Shown here in pieces: positions 55,536 to 57,271 of a DNA stretch of 57,271 bases. The stretch covers positions 1 to 57,271 of the forward strand of contig CAUJDU010000036.1 in NCBI GenBank assembly GCA_963169585.1, read 5' to 3'. How positions within the stretch are numbered: the first letter of the stretch is position 1; the number at the start of each line of letters is the position of its first letter. The notes beneath the pieces are model-generated. The model did no database searches. It was not told the DNA's origin and was given only the letters and a program-made list of their open reading frames with translations. This stretch comes from Actinomycetota bacterium. GTDB taxonomy: Bacteria; Actinomycetota; Acidimicrobiia; IMCC26256; JAGPDB01. The translations under genes and the position numbers were made by a program.

Positions 55536-56657
55536 GTGTCACAAATTGATCAAAAAGAATTGGTAATTATCGGATATGGACCAGCAGGTTTAGGTGCTTC
55601 GCTGGCAGCATACGAATCAGGATTGCAGGGGATCCTCGCATTTGATCCGAGCAAAAGGATTGGTGCAGGTGGATTGCATGGTTTAGATATACTTTCTAAC
55701 TCCAAAGGTAGCGACTTTACAGAACTATTGCCACAATTGTTACCTGGCGCGGCTCGTCTTGAAATAGCAAGAGAGTTAAGTAAGATTACAGGTTTAGTTG
55801 AACTAACTAAGGCTGCAGAGCTTCTTGAATCTGTAGCACAAGAAGCTATTCGTGAAAAAGTGGTTGAAGTTGAACGCGCTCAAGTTAACCGTGTGACAAA
55901 ACTGCCAAATGGATATCATATTCATACTCCAGATCGGACTGTTGAAGCCGAATGGCTTGTGTTAGCTCCAGGTGGGGTAGAGGTTCTGTTAGACGAACTT
56001 GCAAAACGAAATGAATTGCATCCCCTCCAGCCAGCTTTTACTTCAGGAGAAATATTTCGTAACAAAAGACGAGAAGATCTTGACGAACTATTGCGTGGAG
56101 AACCTCGTGTTGTGATTGTCGGTGACTCTCATGGAGCATATTCGGTCGCTGATAAACTTTTGAAAACTTATCCAAATTTACGAGTTGATTTTCATAAGAA
56201 TTCTCGTACACGACCATTCTTTGAAAGTATCGATGAAGCTGGCCGATTAGGTTATGAAGTTAGTGAGTCTGATCTATTGTGTCCAGAGACAGGTTATCTA
56301 AATAGGTTTAACGGGATTAGGGGAGATGCTAGGCAGCTGTGGTTAAAAGAAAGAAACGGCTTGCTAGAAGACCAGGTTCGAACTTTTTATAATGTTGCAT
56401 TAAGTGAAATAGATCAAGATGTTGTGATTGTCCAAGCAACTGGTTATAGGCCTCGAAAAGTTGAGATTGTTGATAGTGATAATATACCGCTGGATTATGT
56501 AACAAAACCGACCAAGGAGGGATTTGCAAAAATTCAAGAAGGCGCTAATGGTCCTACATTTCCCAACGCATTCGCTATTGGGCTTGGGCACAGTTCAACC
56601 GATGCAACGACTTTCTATCAAAAGCAAGCAATCAGTGCATTCGAACTTTTAAGGTAA
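55536..56657 (+). CDS. FAD/NAD(P)-binding oxidoreductase with two dinucleotide-binding motifs
   Basis: VIIGYGPAGLGAS near the N-terminus and VVIVGDSHGAYS mid-protein; GTG start. Confidence 0.7.
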   Translation: MSQIDQKELVIIGYGPAGLGASLAAYESGLQGILAFDPSKRIGAGGLHGLDILSNSKGSDFTELLPQLLPGAARLEIARELSKITGLVELTKAAELLESVAQEAIREKVVEVERAQVNRVTKLPNGYHIHTPDRTVEAEWLVLAPGGVEVLLDELAKRNELHPLQPAFTSGEIFRNKRREDLDELLRGEPRVVIVGDSHGAYSVADKLLKTYPNLRVDFHKNSRTRPFFESIDEAGRLGYEVSESDLLCPETGYLNRFNGIRGDARQLWLKERNGLLEDQVRTFYNVALSEIDQDVVIVQATGYRPRKVEIVDSDNIPLDYVTKPTKEGFAKIQEGANGPTFPNAFAIGLGHSSTDATTFYQKQAISAFELLR

Positions 56658-56659
56658 AA

Positions 56660-57235
56660 ATGGCGAGTTCGCAAAGGCAAGCAGTTGTAGTTATCTCTGG
56701 GCCAACATGTTCAGGGAAATCTACACTTGCTAACGCATTAGCAGATTTAGCTGGGGCAGAACTTCTCAGTCAAGATGAGATTTTGACCGAAATTATTCCA
56801 GCGTCAGATCGTAATCTTGCAGACCGTTTGGTGTCGTACGATGAAATGTTTAAGCGTGCGACGAAGGCACACATAATGGGTAAGCCAATTGTCTTGGAAG
56901 GAACATTTTCTAGATTCGAACATCGGAGAGGTTTACTTTATGCTTTGCCTGATGCGCAAACTTTTATTTTTGAAATTCAAGTTCCTTTAGAAGTTGCGTT
57001 GGAAAGATTTGCAAAGCGTGAAGGTCATCCTGCTATTGATCAGACAGAGGAAACTGTACGTGATCGCAATATTGAGTTTCCTTTTTCAACTGTTGCAATA
57101 AAAGTGGATGGTACGGCTCTTCTGGATGCTCAATTGTTGAAAACTTTGAGGACAATTGAGCGCGGTATAGGTCAAGATGTTGTCGCATGGAAAGCTCTTG
57201 GCTTAACTCGAACACAATCCGAGCGAGCCCTTTAA
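56660..57235 (+). CDS. P-loop NTPase / small-molecule kinase-like protein (AAA_33-like)
   Basis: ISGPTCSGKSTLANAL Walker A; 191 aa; starts 3 nt after the flavoprotein stop. Confidence 0.65.
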   Translation: MASSQRQAVVVISGPTCSGKSTLANALADLAGAELLSQDEILTEIIPASDRNLADRLVSYDEMFKRATKAHIMGKPIVLEGTFSRFEHRRGLLYALPDAQTFIFEIQVPLEVALERFAKREGHPAIDQTEETVRDRNIEFPFSTVAIKVDGTALLDAQLLKTLRTIERGIGQDVVAWKALGLTRTQSERAL

Positions 57236-57238
57236 GAT

Positions 57239-57261
57239 TTAAGAGGGTCCGACCCTCTTAA
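57239..57261 (+). terminator. 10-bp perfect hairpin after the kinase-like gene (no U tract)
   Basis: ttaagagggt-ccg-accctcttaa. Confidence 0.3.
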
Positions 57262-57271
57262 AGTTCAAAAG

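Noticed and set aside
57239-57261. 10-bp perfect hairpin at the window end as a terminator
   Set aside because: There is no U tract on either strand. It is kept only as a low-confidence feature, and the window ends 10 nt later so the context is missing.

Overview
This is a 57-kb chromosomal segment from a low-GC actinobacterium. My hand counts on single 60-nt lines gave about 40-45% GC in housekeeping genes. The coding is dense and mostly core genome. The gene order matches three conserved actinobacterial neighbourhoods as I remember them from Mycobacterium tuberculosis. (1) LCP-rmlD-wbbL-manB...fbiB/fbiA...pmm-PMI...ahcY...comF-hpf-secA. (2) prfB-ftsE-ftsX...smpB-ssrA. (3) mec-cysO-cysM...rph-rdgB. 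RNA genes are one tmRNA (minus strand, predicted tag ATDESESSNYALAA) and one tRNA-Leu(UAG). I saw no CRISPR array, integrase, transposase or recognisable defence system. The non-routine parts are as follows. (a) An 883-aa fusion of a PP-loop ATPase-like domain to a MurD-type ligase sits where murI sits in M. tuberculosis, and is probably a fused MurL/MurD2 route to D-Glu in peptidoglycan. (b) A translationally coupled four-gene cassette follows ribD-ribA and ends at tRNA-Leu. It encodes a KAS III-like condensing enzyme, a heme-oxygenase-like candidate diiron protein, a small His-cluster membrane protein and an orphan, and I cannot assign it to any known pathway. (c) Two copies of an ~80-nt palindromic element bracket a lower-GC polytopic spermidine-synthase-like gene plus ssrA. 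(d) A consensus promoter, a short Met-rich ORF and a strong intrinsic terminator lie upstream of a flavoprotein/kinase pair. (e) Several GC-rich or long-stem intergenic structures are present. All functional calls rest on motifs read by eye and remembered family knowledge. No database search was run.
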